From Gammaproteobacteria bacterium (GTDB lineage: Bacteria > Pseudomonadota > Gammaproteobacteria > Eutrophobiales > Eutrophobiaceae): 64,000 nucleotides of DNA. The notes beneath the pieces were generated by a model. It ran no database searches and was not told the DNA's origin. It was given only the letters and a program-made list of their open reading frames with translations. The stretch spans positions 13,431 to 77,430 of the forward strand of contig JAJDUB010000076.1 of assembly GCA_022826885.1 (NCBI GenBank), read 5' to 3'. The position numbers were made by a program, and so were the translations under genes. Below, piece by piece: positions 22,699 through 32,893 of this stretch (the stretch's first letter is position 1; the number at the start of each line of letters is the position of its first letter).

Positions 22699-23595
22699 AT
22701 GTACCCCGCACCATTCCGTTACCACCGCCCGGCGACACTGGGCAGCGCGCTGGCGCTGCTGGCGGAACTGGGTGAAGGCGCCAGGCCCCTGGCCGGGGGC
22801 CAGTCACTGATACCTATTCTCAAAATGCGCATGGACGAACCCTCCGACCTGGTGGACATCGGACGCCTGGCGGAGTTGACCCACATCCGCAAGGAGAAAG
22901 GCCGTTATTGCATCGGCGCCCTGGTGACCCATGCCCGTATCGCCGCCAGCACAGCCGCAACGGACATCCCCGTTATCCGGGACTGCGCCGCCAATATTGC
23001 CGATCCCCAGGTAAGGGCCCTGGGCACCATCGGCGGGTCGGTCTGCATCGCCGACCCGAGCAGCGACTGGCCCGCGCTGCTGCATCTCCTGGATGCGGAA
23101 ATCGTCTGCGGGGGAGTGGAGGGAAGCCGCAAGGTCGGCATCAGGGACTTCATCACGGATTCCTACACCAACAGCCTGGCCGACGGCGAACTGGTCACGG
23201 AGATTCAAATCCCCATCCCGCCGGCCAACAGCGGCGGCGCGTACCTGGGGTTCAAGAAGGCGGCCCCGGCCTACCCCGCTGCCTCGGCCGGGGTGCAGTT
23301 GACCCTCACGGCCGGCAATATCTGCCATGACATCCGCCTGGTGCTGGGGGCGGCAGGACCGGTCCCGGTTCGTTCCGAAGACATCGAGCAGGCGCTTACC
23401 GGCCAGCCGCTGACGGACGGCAAGCTGCAGGAAGCCGCCGGTGCCCTGGTGGAACTGTCGGACCCGCCCGCCGATGCCCGCGGCTCCGCAGAGTTCAAAC
23501 GCGCGATGCTGCGCTCGCTGTTCATGCGCGCCGCGCACACGGCCATGCAACGGGCCAGCGGTGAAACCGTATCGGGGAGCCACGACTATGTCTGA
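22699..23595 (+). CDS. molybdenum hydroxylase FAD-binding medium subunit (CoxM/CutM-like)
   Basis: 298 aa. [21 protein letters not shown]...AGGQSL is the FAD-binding molybdopterin dehydrogenase N-terminus. Confidence 0.8.
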   Translation: MYPAPFRYHRPATLGSALALLAELGEGARPLAGGQSLIPILKMRMDEPSDLVDIGRLAELTHIRKEKGRYCIGALVTHARIAASTAATDIPVIRDCAANIADPQVRALGTIGGSVCIADPSSDWPALLHLLDAEIVCGGVEGSRKVGIRDFITDSYTNSLADGELVTEIQIPIPPANSGGAYLGFKKAAPAYPAASAGVQLTLTAGNICHDIRLVLGAAGPVPVRSEDIEQALTGQPLTDGKLQEAAGALVELSDPPADARGSAEFKRAMLRSLFMRAAHTAMQRASGETVSGSHDYV

Positions 23596-24076
23596 ACCAT
23601 TACAAACCGTCTCCATTGACGTCACCGTAAACGGTAAAGCCTGCCGGCGGGACGTGGAACCCCGGCAGTTGCTGGTTGAATTCATCCGCGAGGAACTGCG
23701 CCTGACGGGCACGCACATCGGTTGCGACACCAGCTTCTGCGGCGCCTGCACCGTGCTGCTGGACGGCGTCGCCGTCAAGTCCTGCACCCTGTTCGCGGTA
23801 CAGGCCGACGGCGCCGAGATCACCACCGTGGAGGCCCTGGAAAAAGACGGGCAGGTACACCCGCTGCAACAGGCGTTCTCCGAACAGCACGGCTTGCAAT
23901 GCGGCTATTGCACGCCGGGAATACTCATGTCTTCCCTGGCGCTGCTGGCGCAGAACCCGAACCCGGAAACGCAGGACATCCGCAAGGCCCTGTCGGGCAA
24001 CGTGTGCCGCTGCACCGGCTACCAGAACATCATCAAATCCGTCCAGGCCGCGGCCACGGTATTACGGAGGTCTTAA
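23588..24076 (+). CDS. (2Fe-2S)-binding small subunit of molybdenum hydroxylase (CoxS/CutS-like)
   Basis: Starts [28 protein letters not shown] is the plant-type 2Fe-2S cluster and CGYCTPG...CRCTGY the second cluster. It overlaps the coxM-like stop by 8 nt. Confidence 0.85.
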   Translation: MSEPLQTVSIDVTVNGKACRRDVEPRQLLVEFIREELRLTGTHIGCDTSFCGACTVLLDGVAVKSCTLFAVQADGAEITTVEALEKDGQVHPLQQAFSEQHGLQCGYCTPGILMSSLALLAQNPNPETQDIRKALSGNVCRCTGYQNIIKSVQAAATVLRRS

Positions 24077-24079
24077 GTC

Positions 24080-27000
24080 ATGGAAATGAAATTCACAGGT
24101 GAATTCAGCGTAGATCGCAGCAAGAAGGACGTCTTCTCCCTGCTGTCTGATCCGGAACAGTTTGCGCCGTTATTGCCGGGTTTCCACAGCATGGAAATGA
24201 AAGACGCCAGGACGGCCGAGATACGCGCCCGTGTCGGCATCGGCAAGATTGGCGGCATCGCGTCCACAGAACTCAGCCTGGCAGGGTCCCGACCGCCCCA
24301 CCACGCCCGCTACTCGGGCCGGGGCAAACTCATGCAGGGCGTCTACCGCCTGCACACCGCTTTTGACCTGGAAGAGACCGCCTCGGGCGGCACCCTCATA
24401 AGCTGGCAGGGTGAAGCGCAGGTCACCGGCAAGATCCTGTCCCTGGCCGGCGGCGGTATCCGCAGCTACGCCGAAAAACAGATTACCCAGCTCATCGCCA
24501 GCCTGGAGGCGGCGCTCTCAACCGAGCCCGCGCCGGCGCCGCCCGCAAAACCGGGAGGCTGGTTCAGCCGCATCCTGCACGGACTATCCGGCACGGGCGA
24601 CACCGGTGCGCCTGCCCGGGTCGAAACACAGAGCGCAGCCGCGCTGTCCAAAGAGACGCAGGCAGCGCGGGAACGCGTCAACGCGCTGCTTGACGCGCCG
24701 CACGCGGACTCAAGACCCGCGCGCCGGGAGGACGATCGCCTGGTCAAGGGCAAGGGTTTTTTCGTCGATGACTACAGCCCCGCCGGTCTGCTGCACATGT
24801 CCCTGGTGCGTTCGCCTTACGCTCACGCCCGCATCGTCAGCATAGATGTCTCCAGGGCCGAGGCCCTGCCCGGCGTGGCCTGCACCCTTACCGGCGATGA
24901 AGTCATGAAAATGAGCGATCCGTTCATCCAGATTGGCGCCGGCTCGCCGCAGGAGATCACCGACTACGCCCTGGCTACGGACAAGGCCATCTACCAGGGC
25001 GACCCGGTGGTTGCCGTGGTTGCCGAATCCATTGCCGTCGCCGAGGACGCGGCGCAGCTTGTCGACGTGCAATACGAACCGCTGGACGTAGTGCTGGACG
25101 CCGGGGAGGCCCTGGCGGACAAGGCCGTGCTCCACGACGAAGCCGGCACCAATACCACGTTCTCCGGCGTATATGAATACGGCGACGTGGACCAGGCGTT
25201 TGCGGACGCCGCCCACGTGGTCAAAATCGGCAAGCTGAATTTCCACCGTTTCGGCAGCACCGCCATCGAACCCAACGCCTGCGTCGCCACCTGGGACCAG
25301 CGCGGCGAGATAGACCTGTTCTCCAACACCATCATGACGGTGCCGCTGGCGTTCCTGGCGCCGGCGCTGCGCGTCAGCATGGACCAGATCCGCCTGCGCA
25401 CCTACGATATCGGCGGCAGTTTCGGCAACAAGATCTGCAATTACCCGTACCTGGCCCTGGCCTGCCTGGCCTCGAAAAAACTGAACGGCGCGCCGGTGAA
25501 ATGGATAGAAACCCGCGCCGGCCACATGCTGGCCGGGGGGTGCGGCAGCGAGCGCGTCTACCTGGATACGGAAGTCGCGCTGGACAGTGACGGCGTCATT
25601 ACCGGGATCCGCTCGAAACATATCGACGACATCGGCGCCTACCCCCGCTACGAACCCCTGGGCTCCGTCATCTGGTCCCAGGTCCTGCCCGCGTCCTACA
25701 AGCTGCGCAATATCAGGATCGACTTCAACCAGGTGACCACCAACAAGGGCCCGGCCGCGCCCAACCGCGGCTACTCGCGGTTGCCGCACATCTGGTTCAT
25801 GGAACGGGTGGTGGACATCTGCGGCCATGAACTGGGTATCCCGACCGATGAGATGCGCCTGAAGAATTATATCGAGGAGTTCCCGTACGAGACGCCGAAC
25901 GGCTGTGTCTATGATTCCGGCGACTTCCCCGCCATGCTGGCAAAGGCCAAGGAACTGGTGGATTGGGACGGGTGGAAGAAGAAGCAGGCGGAAGCTCGCA
26001 AGGAAGGCCGGCTGATCGGTATCGGCATCGGCACGACTCTGGATTCCGGCACCAACAACTGGGGCCAGGCCAGATACGTCAACCCCCACGCGCCGTTCTC
26101 GGGCAATTCCACCGCCGCCACGGTGAAACTGGACCTGGACGGCACGGTGGTGGTGAGCCTGGGCACCTTCCCCCAGGGCCAGGGCCATGAGACCACTGCC
26201 GCGCAGGTAGTGGGCGACGTGCTGGAGATCCCGCCGGAACTGGTGCACGTCAAGACGGGGTTCGATTCACTGAACGACAGCCATACCGGCCAGTCCGGCA
26301 CCTACGCCAGCCAGTTCGTGGTCACCGGCCTGTCCGCGGCCCACGGCGCCGCGCTCAAGCTCAAGGCGGAAATGACGAGACTCGCCTGTTTCGCCCTGGA
26401 AGCCGAGGAAAAGGACCTGGACTTCGGAGTCGGCGACATGGGCCCGCAGGTCTGTGTACGCGGCACTGAGCAGGCGCTCAACTACTGGATGCTGGCCAAC
26501 TTCATCAATTCGAACAGCGCCAGCCTGCCGGACGACCTGCGCGACCTGTCCCTGAACGCCCGGCACGTATATATGCCACCGTTCAAGGTGCCGGACGTGG
26601 AGAAGAAGATCGGTAACCTTACCCTCACCTACGCCCTGCAATTGCACATCTCCGTGGTCGAGGTCGACCCCGACACCTACCAGACCCGGATCCTGGACTA
26701 TGCCATCGTGGATGACTGCGGCACGGTGATTAATCCCATGATCGTCGAAGGCCAGGTGCACGGCGCCGCGGCCCACGGCATCGGCGCGGCGCTGGTGGAG
26801 GACATTTCCTACGACGCAGACGGCAACGCCATTACCGGATCGTTCACCGATTATGCGCCGATCACCATCAGCACCATGCCGGAACTCAAGTGCTCCAACC
26901 GGCAATCGCCCTCCCCGTTCACCTTCCACGGCGCCAAGGGTATGGGCGAAGGCGGCGGCGGGCCGCTGCACTCCCTGTGCGCCGCGCTGCAGGACGCCCT

Positions 27001-27106
27001 GCACGGGCAGGACATCATCATCGAGAACTCCCACAACTCACCCATGTCGATGTTCGAGCGCTTCGCCGGGGGATCGGAGAAAGGAGTCACCGTCGAAACC
27101 CGGTGA
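24080..27106 (+). CDS. fusion protein: CoxG-like SRPBCC domain (N-terminal ~150 aa) + xanthine dehydrogenase-family molybdopterin-binding large subunit
   Basis: Continuous 1008-aa ORF. The N-terminus MEMKFTGEFSVDRSKKDVFSLLSDPEQFAPLLPGFHSME resembles CoxG. A Pro/Ala-rich linker follows. A CoxL-like start (RREDDRLVKGKGFFVDDY...HMSLVRSPYAHARIVSIDVS) begins near residue 215. A GGSFGNK Mo-cofactor motif is present. The CODH-specific AYRCSFR/AYRGAGR loop is absent, with PNRGYSRL in its place. Confidence 0.7.
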   Translation: MEMKFTGEFSVDRSKKDVFSLLSDPEQFAPLLPGFHSMEMKDARTAEIRARVGIGKIGGIASTELSLAGSRPPHHARYSGRGKLMQGVYRLHTAFDLEETASGGTLISWQGEAQVTGKILSLAGGGIRSYAEKQITQLIASLEAALSTEPAPAPPAKPGGWFSRILHGLSGTGDTGAPARVETQSAAALSKETQAARERVNALLDAPHADSRPARREDDRLVKGKGFFVDDYSPAGLLHMSLVRSPYAHARIVSIDVSRAEALPGVACTLTGDEVMKMSDPFIQIGAGSPQEITDYALATDKAIYQGDPVVAVVAESIAVAEDAAQLVDVQYEPLDVVLDAGEALADKAVLHDEAGTNTTFSGVYEYGDVDQAFADAAHVVKIGKLNFHRFGSTAIEPNACVATWDQRGEIDLFSNTIMTVPLAFLAPALRVSMDQIRLRTYDIGGSFGNKICNYPYLALACLASKKLNGAPVKWIETRAGHMLAGGCGSERVYLDTEVALDSDGVITGIRSKHIDDIGAYPRYEPLGSVIWSQVLPASYKLRNIRIDFNQVTTNKGPAAPNRGYSRLPHIWFMERVVDICGHELGIPTDEMRLKNYIEEFPYETPNGCVYDSGDFPAMLAKAKELVDWDGWKKKQAEARKEGRLIGIGIGTTLDSGTNNWGQARYVNPHAPFSGNSTAATVKLDLDGTVVVSLGTFPQGQGHETTAAQVVGDVLEIPPELVHVKTGFDSLNDSHTGQSGTYASQFVVTGLSAAHGAALKLKAEMTRLACFALEAEEKDLDFGVGDMGPQVCVRGTEQALNYWMLANFINSNSASLPDDLRDLSLNARHVYMPPFKVPDVEKKIGNLTLTYALQLHISVVEVDPDTYQTRILDYAIVDDCGTVINPMIVEGQVHGAAAHGIGAALVEDISYDADGNAITGSFTDYAPITISTMPELKCSNRQSPSPFTFHGAKGMGEGGGGPLHSLCAALQDALHGQDIIIENSHNSPMSMFERFAGGSEKGVTVETR

Positions 27107-27108
27107 AT

Positions 27109-27236
27109 AATGTGTCGCCCCAGGGCGACCCGTTGTTGCACTGGATTCCCGCCTGCGCGGGAATGACGGGAAAAGAGACTTGTGCGGGAATGGCAGGAAA
27201 AGAGACAGGTCATTCCTGCGCAGGCAGGAATCCAGT
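27109..27236. repeat. composite dispersed repeat (copy b)
   Basis: gtgtcgccccagggcgacccg, then cactggattcccgcctgcgcgggaatgacgg, then gtcattcctgcgcaggcaggaatccagt. It starts 3 nt after the large-subunit stop. Confidence 0.8.
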
Positions 27237-27273
27237 AAAATACCAGTCCCGAAGGGACACCCTATAAAGCGCC

Positions 27274-28266
27274 ATGCCCGTATCATTCCACATAGGCATC
27301 CTGCCCAACCGGCCCCTGGCCGACTTTGTCGACTGGATCGCCCGCGCTGAGACCCTGGGGTTCCGCGGCGTCTGGGTCGCAGACTCCCAGTCCGTGTTCC
27401 GCGATGCCTTCATGGCCCTGACCCTGTTTGCGCAACGCACCCGCGACATGGAACTGGCGACCGGCGTCACCAATGTCATCACCCGCCATCCCGCGGTGCT
27501 GGCGCACAGTTTCGCCACCCTGGATGAATACTCCGGCGGCCGCGCCGTGCTGGGCATCGGCGTCGGGGACAGCGCGGTGTTCACCATCGGCGAGCGGCCG
27601 GCCCGGCTCAGGCGCATGGAACAGGTCATCGACACGGTGCGGCGCCTCATGGCCGGCGAAGAGGTCAACCACGACGGCACGGACCTGAAGGTAAGCTGGC
27701 CGCCGCGCAAGGTGCCGGTGGTCATCGCCTGCACCGGCCCGAAGTCCCTGCAAGTGGCCGGGCGCATCGCCGACGGCGTGCTGTTCCAGGTCGGCGCCGA
27801 CCCGCAACTGGCGCGTTACGCCATCAGGAACATAGAAACCGGCGCCCGCGCGGCCGGGCGCGACCCGTCCGAAGTCAAACTGTACCAGCGCCTGGCCTTT
27901 GCCGTATCCGAAGACCGCGAGCAGGTGCGCGCCGAGGCCCGCGGCTACGCCTCGGTGGCGGCGGGCACCATCTACAAGGCCGTCCCCCACGAGGACATGC
28001 CCGCCGGACTGCTCCACGACCTGCAGGTCATGAAGGAGAAATACGACTACCAGCAGCACGGCAGCATGGACGCCGCGCAGGCCGGGCTGATCACCGACCG
28101 CATACTGGACGCGGTCGCCATAACAGGCACTCCCGACGAGGTCATCCCTCGCCTGCAGGCATTGACGCAACTGGGGATAAATAACTTCGTCCTGCCCATC
28201 GCCACGAAACACCCCGACGCGGTCATCGACGTACTGGCAGAGAAGGTGATGCCGTTTGTCGGGTAG
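27274..28266 (+). CDS. LLM-class (luciferase-like) flavin/F420-dependent oxidoreductase
   Basis: 330 aa with a TIM-barrel luciferase-like pattern (GFRGVWVADSQ; LGIGVGDS). The cofactor, FMN versus F420, cannot be decided from sequence. Confidence 0.65.
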   Translation: MPVSFHIGILPNRPLADFVDWIARAETLGFRGVWVADSQSVFRDAFMALTLFAQRTRDMELATGVTNVITRHPAVLAHSFATLDEYSGGRAVLGIGVGDSAVFTIGERPARLRRMEQVIDTVRRLMAGEEVNHDGTDLKVSWPPRKVPVVIACTGPKSLQVAGRIADGVLFQVGADPQLARYAIRNIETGARAAGRDPSEVKLYQRLAFAVSEDREQVRAEARGYASVAAGTIYKAVPHEDMPAGLLHDLQVMKEKYDYQQHGSMDAAQAGLITDRILDAVAITGTPDEVIPRLQALTQLGINNFVLPIATKHPDAVIDVLAEKVMPFVG

Positions 28267-28312
28267 GAATATTATAATTTTTTCTTTTTTATCATATAAC
28301 CGGAGGAATAAG

Positions 28313-28603
28313 ATGTTGAACAAACTACCTGTGTTACTGTTGCTGGCCGTACTGCTTCCCGGATACGCTATTGCCGGCGAGGACTACGTCGGCAGCCTGA
28401 TCACGGCCACGCCCTATGAAGGCCGGCAACTGGCCATCAAGCTGGCCAGGAAGTCGATCGGCGAGATGCAATCCGACTCCGCCGTCAAGAAGGAAGTGCG
28501 CGCCAAATACTCCAGGGACGGCGAGACCCTGATCGAAGCCGCAGGAGTCATCGCTATCGAGTTCGCCACCATCGCCGCGGCAAACAATTACTGGCGCGAA
28601 TAA
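28313..28603 (+). CDS. small secreted protein of unknown function
   Basis: Start at M20 of the track ORF, preceded by GGAGG. Signal peptide MLNKLPVLLLLAVLLPGYAIA. 96 aa. Confidence 0.45.
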   Translation: MLNKLPVLLLLAVLLPGYAIAGEDYVGSLITATPYEGRQLAIKLARKSIGEMQSDSAVKKEVRAKYSRDGETLIEAAGVIAIEFATIAAANNYWRE

Positions 28604-30648
28604 GACGCAGTCACTTCCACCCGGGCATCGTAGCCGGCCTGGCCGGTGCTGAACGGAAACAGGTTCACGGCGCTGTCGGGCACGCAGCGGGAGCCGGAGG
28701 TGAGCGTGTTGGCGCCGGGCCAGCCGTCGTGCATCCACACCGTTCCCGGCGGCACGTCATCGGTCACCCGGGCCAGGGCTTCGCATTCCCCGCGCTCGTT
28801 GTGCAGTCGCACAGGCATGCCGTCGGAGAGGCCGCGTTCTGAAGCGTCCGCGGGAGATATCCACAGGGACGGTCCCTGTTCCAGTTTGTCTATGGACGGC
28901 AGCGCCCGGCCGTGGTCGTAGAAGGCGTGGAAATGGGTCAGCATGCGGCCGTTGCGCAGTTCCAACGGGTAATCCGAACCGGGGCGGGGCTGGTACTCCG
29001 GCAGGGCCGGCAGGCCGTGCTGCGCGGCGCGTTCGGAATAGAACTCCACCTTGCCGGAGGGCGTCGCATAGCGGTGGTCGGGGTACGCCACGTGGGAGAT
29101 GTTCAACTCTCCGATGCCGCCGCTTGCGCGCAGCGACTCCACCGTGGCGTGGCCGGTAGACGGATGGTCCAGCACCGCGTCGATATGGCCGTGTTCGCTC
29201 TCCCACGGGTAGAAGTCACTGATCCCCATGCGCTCCGCCAGGTCCTTGAGCAGGGCGGTCATGCTGCGGGCCTCGCCGGGAGGCGGCAGGGCCTGGTCCA
29301 TCAGGTACAGGTGGGTATGGGTGCTCTTTACGCCGGTGTCTTCCAGCCATGACGTGGCGGGCAGCACAACGTCCGCGTGCTTCCGCATCATGTCGTTCAT
29401 GAACAGGTCGTAGCCGACGATGAGGTCCATCTTGTCCAGGCCTGCCTCCAGGCGCGCGGCATCGGCGTACGACGACAGCATGTTGGTGCCCAGCAGCACG
29501 AAGGCGCGCAGGCGGCCCTGCTCTATGGCCTCCAGGATGGCCGGCATCTGGTTGGGGACGTAGTCACCCGGCGGCCGCGCTTCAAAATTCATGATGTGGC
29601 CGGTGCCGAAACCGTGGGACAAGGCCGCGTGGCGCGGCCCCAGGCCGCAGCCCGGCTTGCCGGACTTGCCGGTGAGCGCGGGCAGGCAGGACACTGCCCG
29701 GGCGGCCTGCCAGCCGTTTTGATCTTTGTACAGGGAACTGCCGCCCAGCACGATCATGGCCCGCTCGGTGCCGGCGTAAGCGCGGGCAAGCTCGACGATG
29801 CGGGCCGCATCCACGCCGGTTATCGCCTCGGCCCGGGCAGGCGTGAAGTCCCGCACGTGGTCGCTCAGTTCGGCAAATCCCATGGTGTGTTCCCTGATGA
29901 AATCCAGGTCGTGCAGGTTATCGCCGATGATAACGTGCATCATGGCCAGGGCCAGCGCCGCGTCCGTGCCGGGTTTCACCAGGAAATACTCATCCGCCTG
30001 CCGGCAGGACTCGCTCACGCGCACGTCTATGGCCGCCAGTCTGGCGCCCCGCCGCCGTGCTGCGGAGATATGGCGCCCGGTATTGGGCTGGCTGGCAATG
30101 TTCGCGCCCCATAGGATGATCAGGTCGGAATGGCTGCCCATGTCCTCCTTGGTGTTGGCCTCCAGCAGGCCGGTCAGGCCCAGGCCGAAACCGCCCAGGC
30201 CCCAGCAGATCATGCTGCCGTCCCACCACTGGCAGCCGTACATGTTGCCGAACCTGAGAAGCAGTTCCGTATGGGCGAAGGTGCCGTAATCGTTGGCCAG
30301 CATGCCGTGCCCGCCCCACAGGCCGACGGCTTCCCGGCCCGCGGCGCGGAAACCCTCCGCGATGCGGTCCAGGGCCTGGTCCCAGCTCACCACGTCCCAG
30401 TTGTCGCTGCCCCGCGTGCTGCGCATCATGGGATACAGGATGCGCCGCGGGTTGCCGATGATCTCGCCCGCGGCTTGCCCGCGCACGCAGAGAAAGCCGC
30501 GGCTGTCCGGATTCTCCTTGTCGCCCCTGATTTCCACCAGCCGCTCGCCGGCGACGGTGACCTGCATCCCGCAAAACGTGGGATGGCAGTTCATGGGGCA
30601 CATGGTGCGGACGGTGCGGGTTTCCGGTCCCGGGGACATGATGCTCAC
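28588..30648 (-). CDS. cytoplasmic molybdopterin (bis-MGD) oxidoreductase, formate dehydrogenase/assimilatory nitrate reductase-like catalytic subunit
   Basis: 686 aa. The N-terminal CPMNCHPTFCGM...C(x)LCVRG is the 4Fe-4S motif of the DMSO reductase superfamily. There is no Tat signal. The start may instead be M16 (30603). Confidence 0.7.
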   Translation of the reverse strand: MSIMSPGPETRTVRTMCPMNCHPTFCGMQVTVAGERLVEIRGDKENPDSRGFLCVRGQAAGEIIGNPRRILYPMMRSTRGSDNWDVVSWDQALDRIAEGFRAAGREAVGLWGGHGMLANDYGTFAHTELLLRFGNMYGCQWWDGSMICWGLGGFGLGLTGLLEANTKEDMGSHSDLIILWGANIASQPNTGRHISAARRRGARLAAIDVRVSESCRQADEYFLVKPGTDAALALAMMHVIIGDNLHDLDFIREHTMGFAELSDHVRDFTPARAEAITGVDAARIVELARAYAGTERAMIVLGGSSLYKDQNGWQAARAVSCLPALTGKSGKPGCGLGPRHAALSHGFGTGHIMNFEARPPGDYVPNQMPAILEAIEQGRLRAFVLLGTNMLSSYADAARLEAGLDKMDLIVGYDLFMNDMMRKHADVVLPATSWLEDTGVKSTHTHLYLMDQALPPPGEARSMTALLKDLAERMGISDFYPWESEHGHIDAVLDHPSTGHATVESLRASGGIGELNISHVAYPDHRYATPSGKVEFYSERAAQHGLPALPEYQPRPGSDYPLELRNGRMLTHFHAFYDHGRALPSIDKLEQGPSLWISPADASERGLSDGMPVRLHNERGECEALARVTDDVPPGTVWMHDGWPGANTLTSGSRCVPDSAVNLFPFSTGQAGYDARVEVTASYSRQ

Positions 30649-30655
30649 TCCGGGA

Positions 30656-31288
30656 CTACTTTACCCACAGGCGGTAGGCGAACTGGGGGCACATGATGCC
30701 TTTTACCTCGGTTTCGCCCTCCTGCAGCAGTTCCAGGTCGCACCAGTGGGCGTACAGGGCCTCGACTTCGTCCCTGAACACCCGGAACGGCGGCGGATTG
30801 ATCTCGCCGTCCCGGTACGTCAGGGTAATCAGCAACGCCTGCAGGCCGGGCCGCAACAGGTCCCTCATGTGCGCGGCATATTGCGCGCGCAGGTCCTGTT
30901 CCATGGCGATGAGCGAAGCGCGGTCGTACACCGCGTCGATATCGGACAAGCGCTCCGGCTCCAGTGAAAAGAAGTCGCCGCACAGAAACTCCAGTTGCTC
31001 CGTCCGGTAGCGGATGAACGGGCCGTCCCGGTCGCGGGTCGCATCCAGGCCGCTTTCCTCGAGGAATGACCGGGCGGCGATCTCGCTCAGTTCGACACCC
31101 AGCACCCGGTACCCCTGCTCCATGAGCCAGGCCATGTCCCTGGACTTGCCGCACAGGGGAACGAACACCCTGCTGCCCGCCGGCACATCCAGCACCGGCC
31201 AGTTGTCGACCAGTACGGGGTTGTAATCCATCCGGTGGAAGGCAAGGTCATTCGCTTCCCACTTCTCATGCCAGAATTGATGTTCCAT
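30656..31288 (-). CDS. tpm: thiopurine S-methyltransferase family protein (TPMT/Tmp)
   Basis: 210 aa. MEHQFWHEKWEANDLAFH matches the TPMT N-terminal signature. VFVPLCGKSRDMAWL is the SAM-binding region. The stop lies 8 nt before the molybdoenzyme start. Confidence 0.75.
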   Translation of the reverse strand: MEHQFWHEKWEANDLAFHRMDYNPVLVDNWPVLDVPAGSRVFVPLCGKSRDMAWLMEQGYRVLGVELSEIAARSFLEESGLDATRDRDGPFIRYRTEQLEFLCGDFFSLEPERLSDIDAVYDRASLIAMEQDLRAQYAAHMRDLLRPGLQALLITLTYRDGEINPPPFRVFRDEVEALYAHWCDLELLQEGETEVKGIMCPQFAYRLWVK

Positions 31289-31357
31289 GATGCCGGATTA
31301 TATCAGCAACCATCCGGCGCGGGAATCCGGTTACACAATGCGGGGGCCGTCTGTTCG

Positions 31358-32893
31358 TCAGGACGAGTCGGGTAGCGTAAACAACCTGTCGAGGTGGCGC
31401 CGGTCCGGGCGGCGCCGGGCCGTGATTTTGCTGACGACGAGATAGACGAGGACGGAGACGAGAAACGCGGGGATTACTTCGTGAACGTCCTGCAGTTCGG
31501 GGAACCGGAAGCGGAATGCAAAACGCCAGACCACGCAGCTCAGTATTCCGGCCAGCATGGATGCCAGGGCACCCATATCGGTTCCCCAGCGCAGGTAGAG
31601 GCCGCCGAAGATTGCCGGGAAGAAACTGGCCGCAAATACGGCCCCTGAAAAGGCTGTAAGCTCGACAATACCGGCGGGCGGATAGAGCGTGAATACGTAC
31701 AGCAATACACTGTAGCCGAAAATCGTCCACCTGGTGCGCAGCACCAGTCTTCCCTTTTCCATAGGTCTTGAGACATGCCAGATATCCTGGATGAAGGCGG
31801 TGCCGACGATAAGCAGGACTGCCGCCAGCGATGACATGCCGGCTGCGAATAATCCAGCCACGCAGATACCGCTTATCCACGGGTCATCAAACTTTGCCAG
31901 CATGAAACCCACGACCTCGTCCGTGTGCCGCACCAGGTAGGCAGCTTCCTGCTCCGTCGCCATGCCGTGCACCAGCGCGCCCAGTCCCATCACGCAAATC
32001 AGGGAGACGCCGAGGAAAACAGGCGTCCATATCATTGCGAATTTCATGCTGCGGGCGTTGTCGATGGAATAGAACCGGATCAGGCAACGCGGTTCTGCAA
32101 TCTGCTTCATCCCGACGGCAAGGCCGATACCGAGGATATAAAAGAACGAGACCAGGTGCCCGAAAGTAATCAGTCCGTTGCCCATGGGTTGTCCAAAGCG
32201 GTCCGGATGTGTTGTTTCTGCAATGCGGCTCATGAGTTCGGCCGGACCTCCGACATAGATGAAAGGCAACATGACGAGGATGATGGCCACGGCGAACATC
32301 ATGATCCCCTGGACGGCATCGGTCCATAACACGCCGTACATGCCGCCCCAGATGGTGTAAGCGCCGGTGATTATGATCATCAGCGCGGTGCCCCAGGCGT
32401 AAGGCACGTCGAGCACCGCGGTCAAGACATGACCCAGTCCCTTGGTTATGCCCACCATGTACCAGAGTGTGGCAAACAGGATGATCACGGCGGACAAAAC
32501 CCGGATCGACTTTGACAGGGAAGATTTATACCGCAGGTGAAAATAATCGGGGATGGTATAGGAACCGAGCAACGCGGTCTGGTTGCGCATCCTGGGACCC
32601 AGCACCAGCCAGGAAATGACACAGAAAATTGCCCAGATGAAGCCTACCCAGGCCCAAGACAACCCATACTGAAACGACTTGCCTGCCTGGCCTATGTAGG
32701 TATTGGTGCTGGCGAAGGTAGAGAAAAATGCAAGAGAAACAACCCAGCCGGGAATTTCCCGCCTGGCGACGTAAAAGGCCTTGACTCCCGCCGCCGCCCT
32801 GTTCCTGAAATACCAGCCTACACCCAGGCAGAAAACCAGGTACAGGACCATCAGGCCAAGGATAACGGCGTGCTCGGCCAGGTATCCGCTCAC
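31358..32893 (-). CDS. sodium:solute symporter family (SSF) transporter
   Basis: 511 aa, about 13 TM segments. It uses a GTG start that overlaps the upstream micro-ORF's stop (GTGA). Confidence 0.7.
   Translation of the reverse strand: MSGYLAEHAVILGLMVLYLVFCLGVGWYFRNRAAAGVKAFYVARREIPGWVVSLAFFSTFASTNTYIGQAGKSFQYGLSWAWVGFIWAIFCVISWLVLGPRMRNQTALLGSYTIPDYFHLRYKSSLSKSIRVLSAVIILFATLWYMVGITKGLGHVLTAVLDVPYAWGTALMIIITGAYTIWGGMYGVLWTDAVQGIMMFAVAIILVMLPFIYVGGPAELMSRIAETTHPDRFGQPMGNGLITFGHLVSFFYILGIGLAVGMKQIAEPRCLIRFYSIDNARSMKFAMIWTPVFLGVSLICVMGLGALVHGMATEQEAAYLVRHTDEVVGFMLAKFDDPWISGICVAGLFAAGMSSLAAVLLIVGTAFIQDIWHVSRPMEKGRLVLRTRWTIFGYSVLLYVFTLYPPAGIVELTAFSGAVFAASFFPAIFGGLYLRWGTDMGALASMLAGILSCVVWRFAFRFRFPELQDVHEVIPAFLVSVLVYLVVSKITARRRPDRRHLDRLFTLPDSS

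Noticed and set aside
24710-27034. Long minus-strand ORFs (24710-26248 at 512 aa; 26267-27034 at 255 aa) antisense to the Mo-hydroxylase large subunit
   Set aside because: These are GC-rich antisense artefacts. The sense strand encodes a complete, motif-bearing XDH-family protein.
27038-27286. 82-aa minus-strand ORF (..SSFPRRRESSATTGRPGATHY..) between the Mo-hydroxylase and LLM genes
   Set aside because: It is composed almost entirely of translated dispersed-repeat sequence (copy b). The same SSFPRRRESS peptide appears wherever the repeat is translated.
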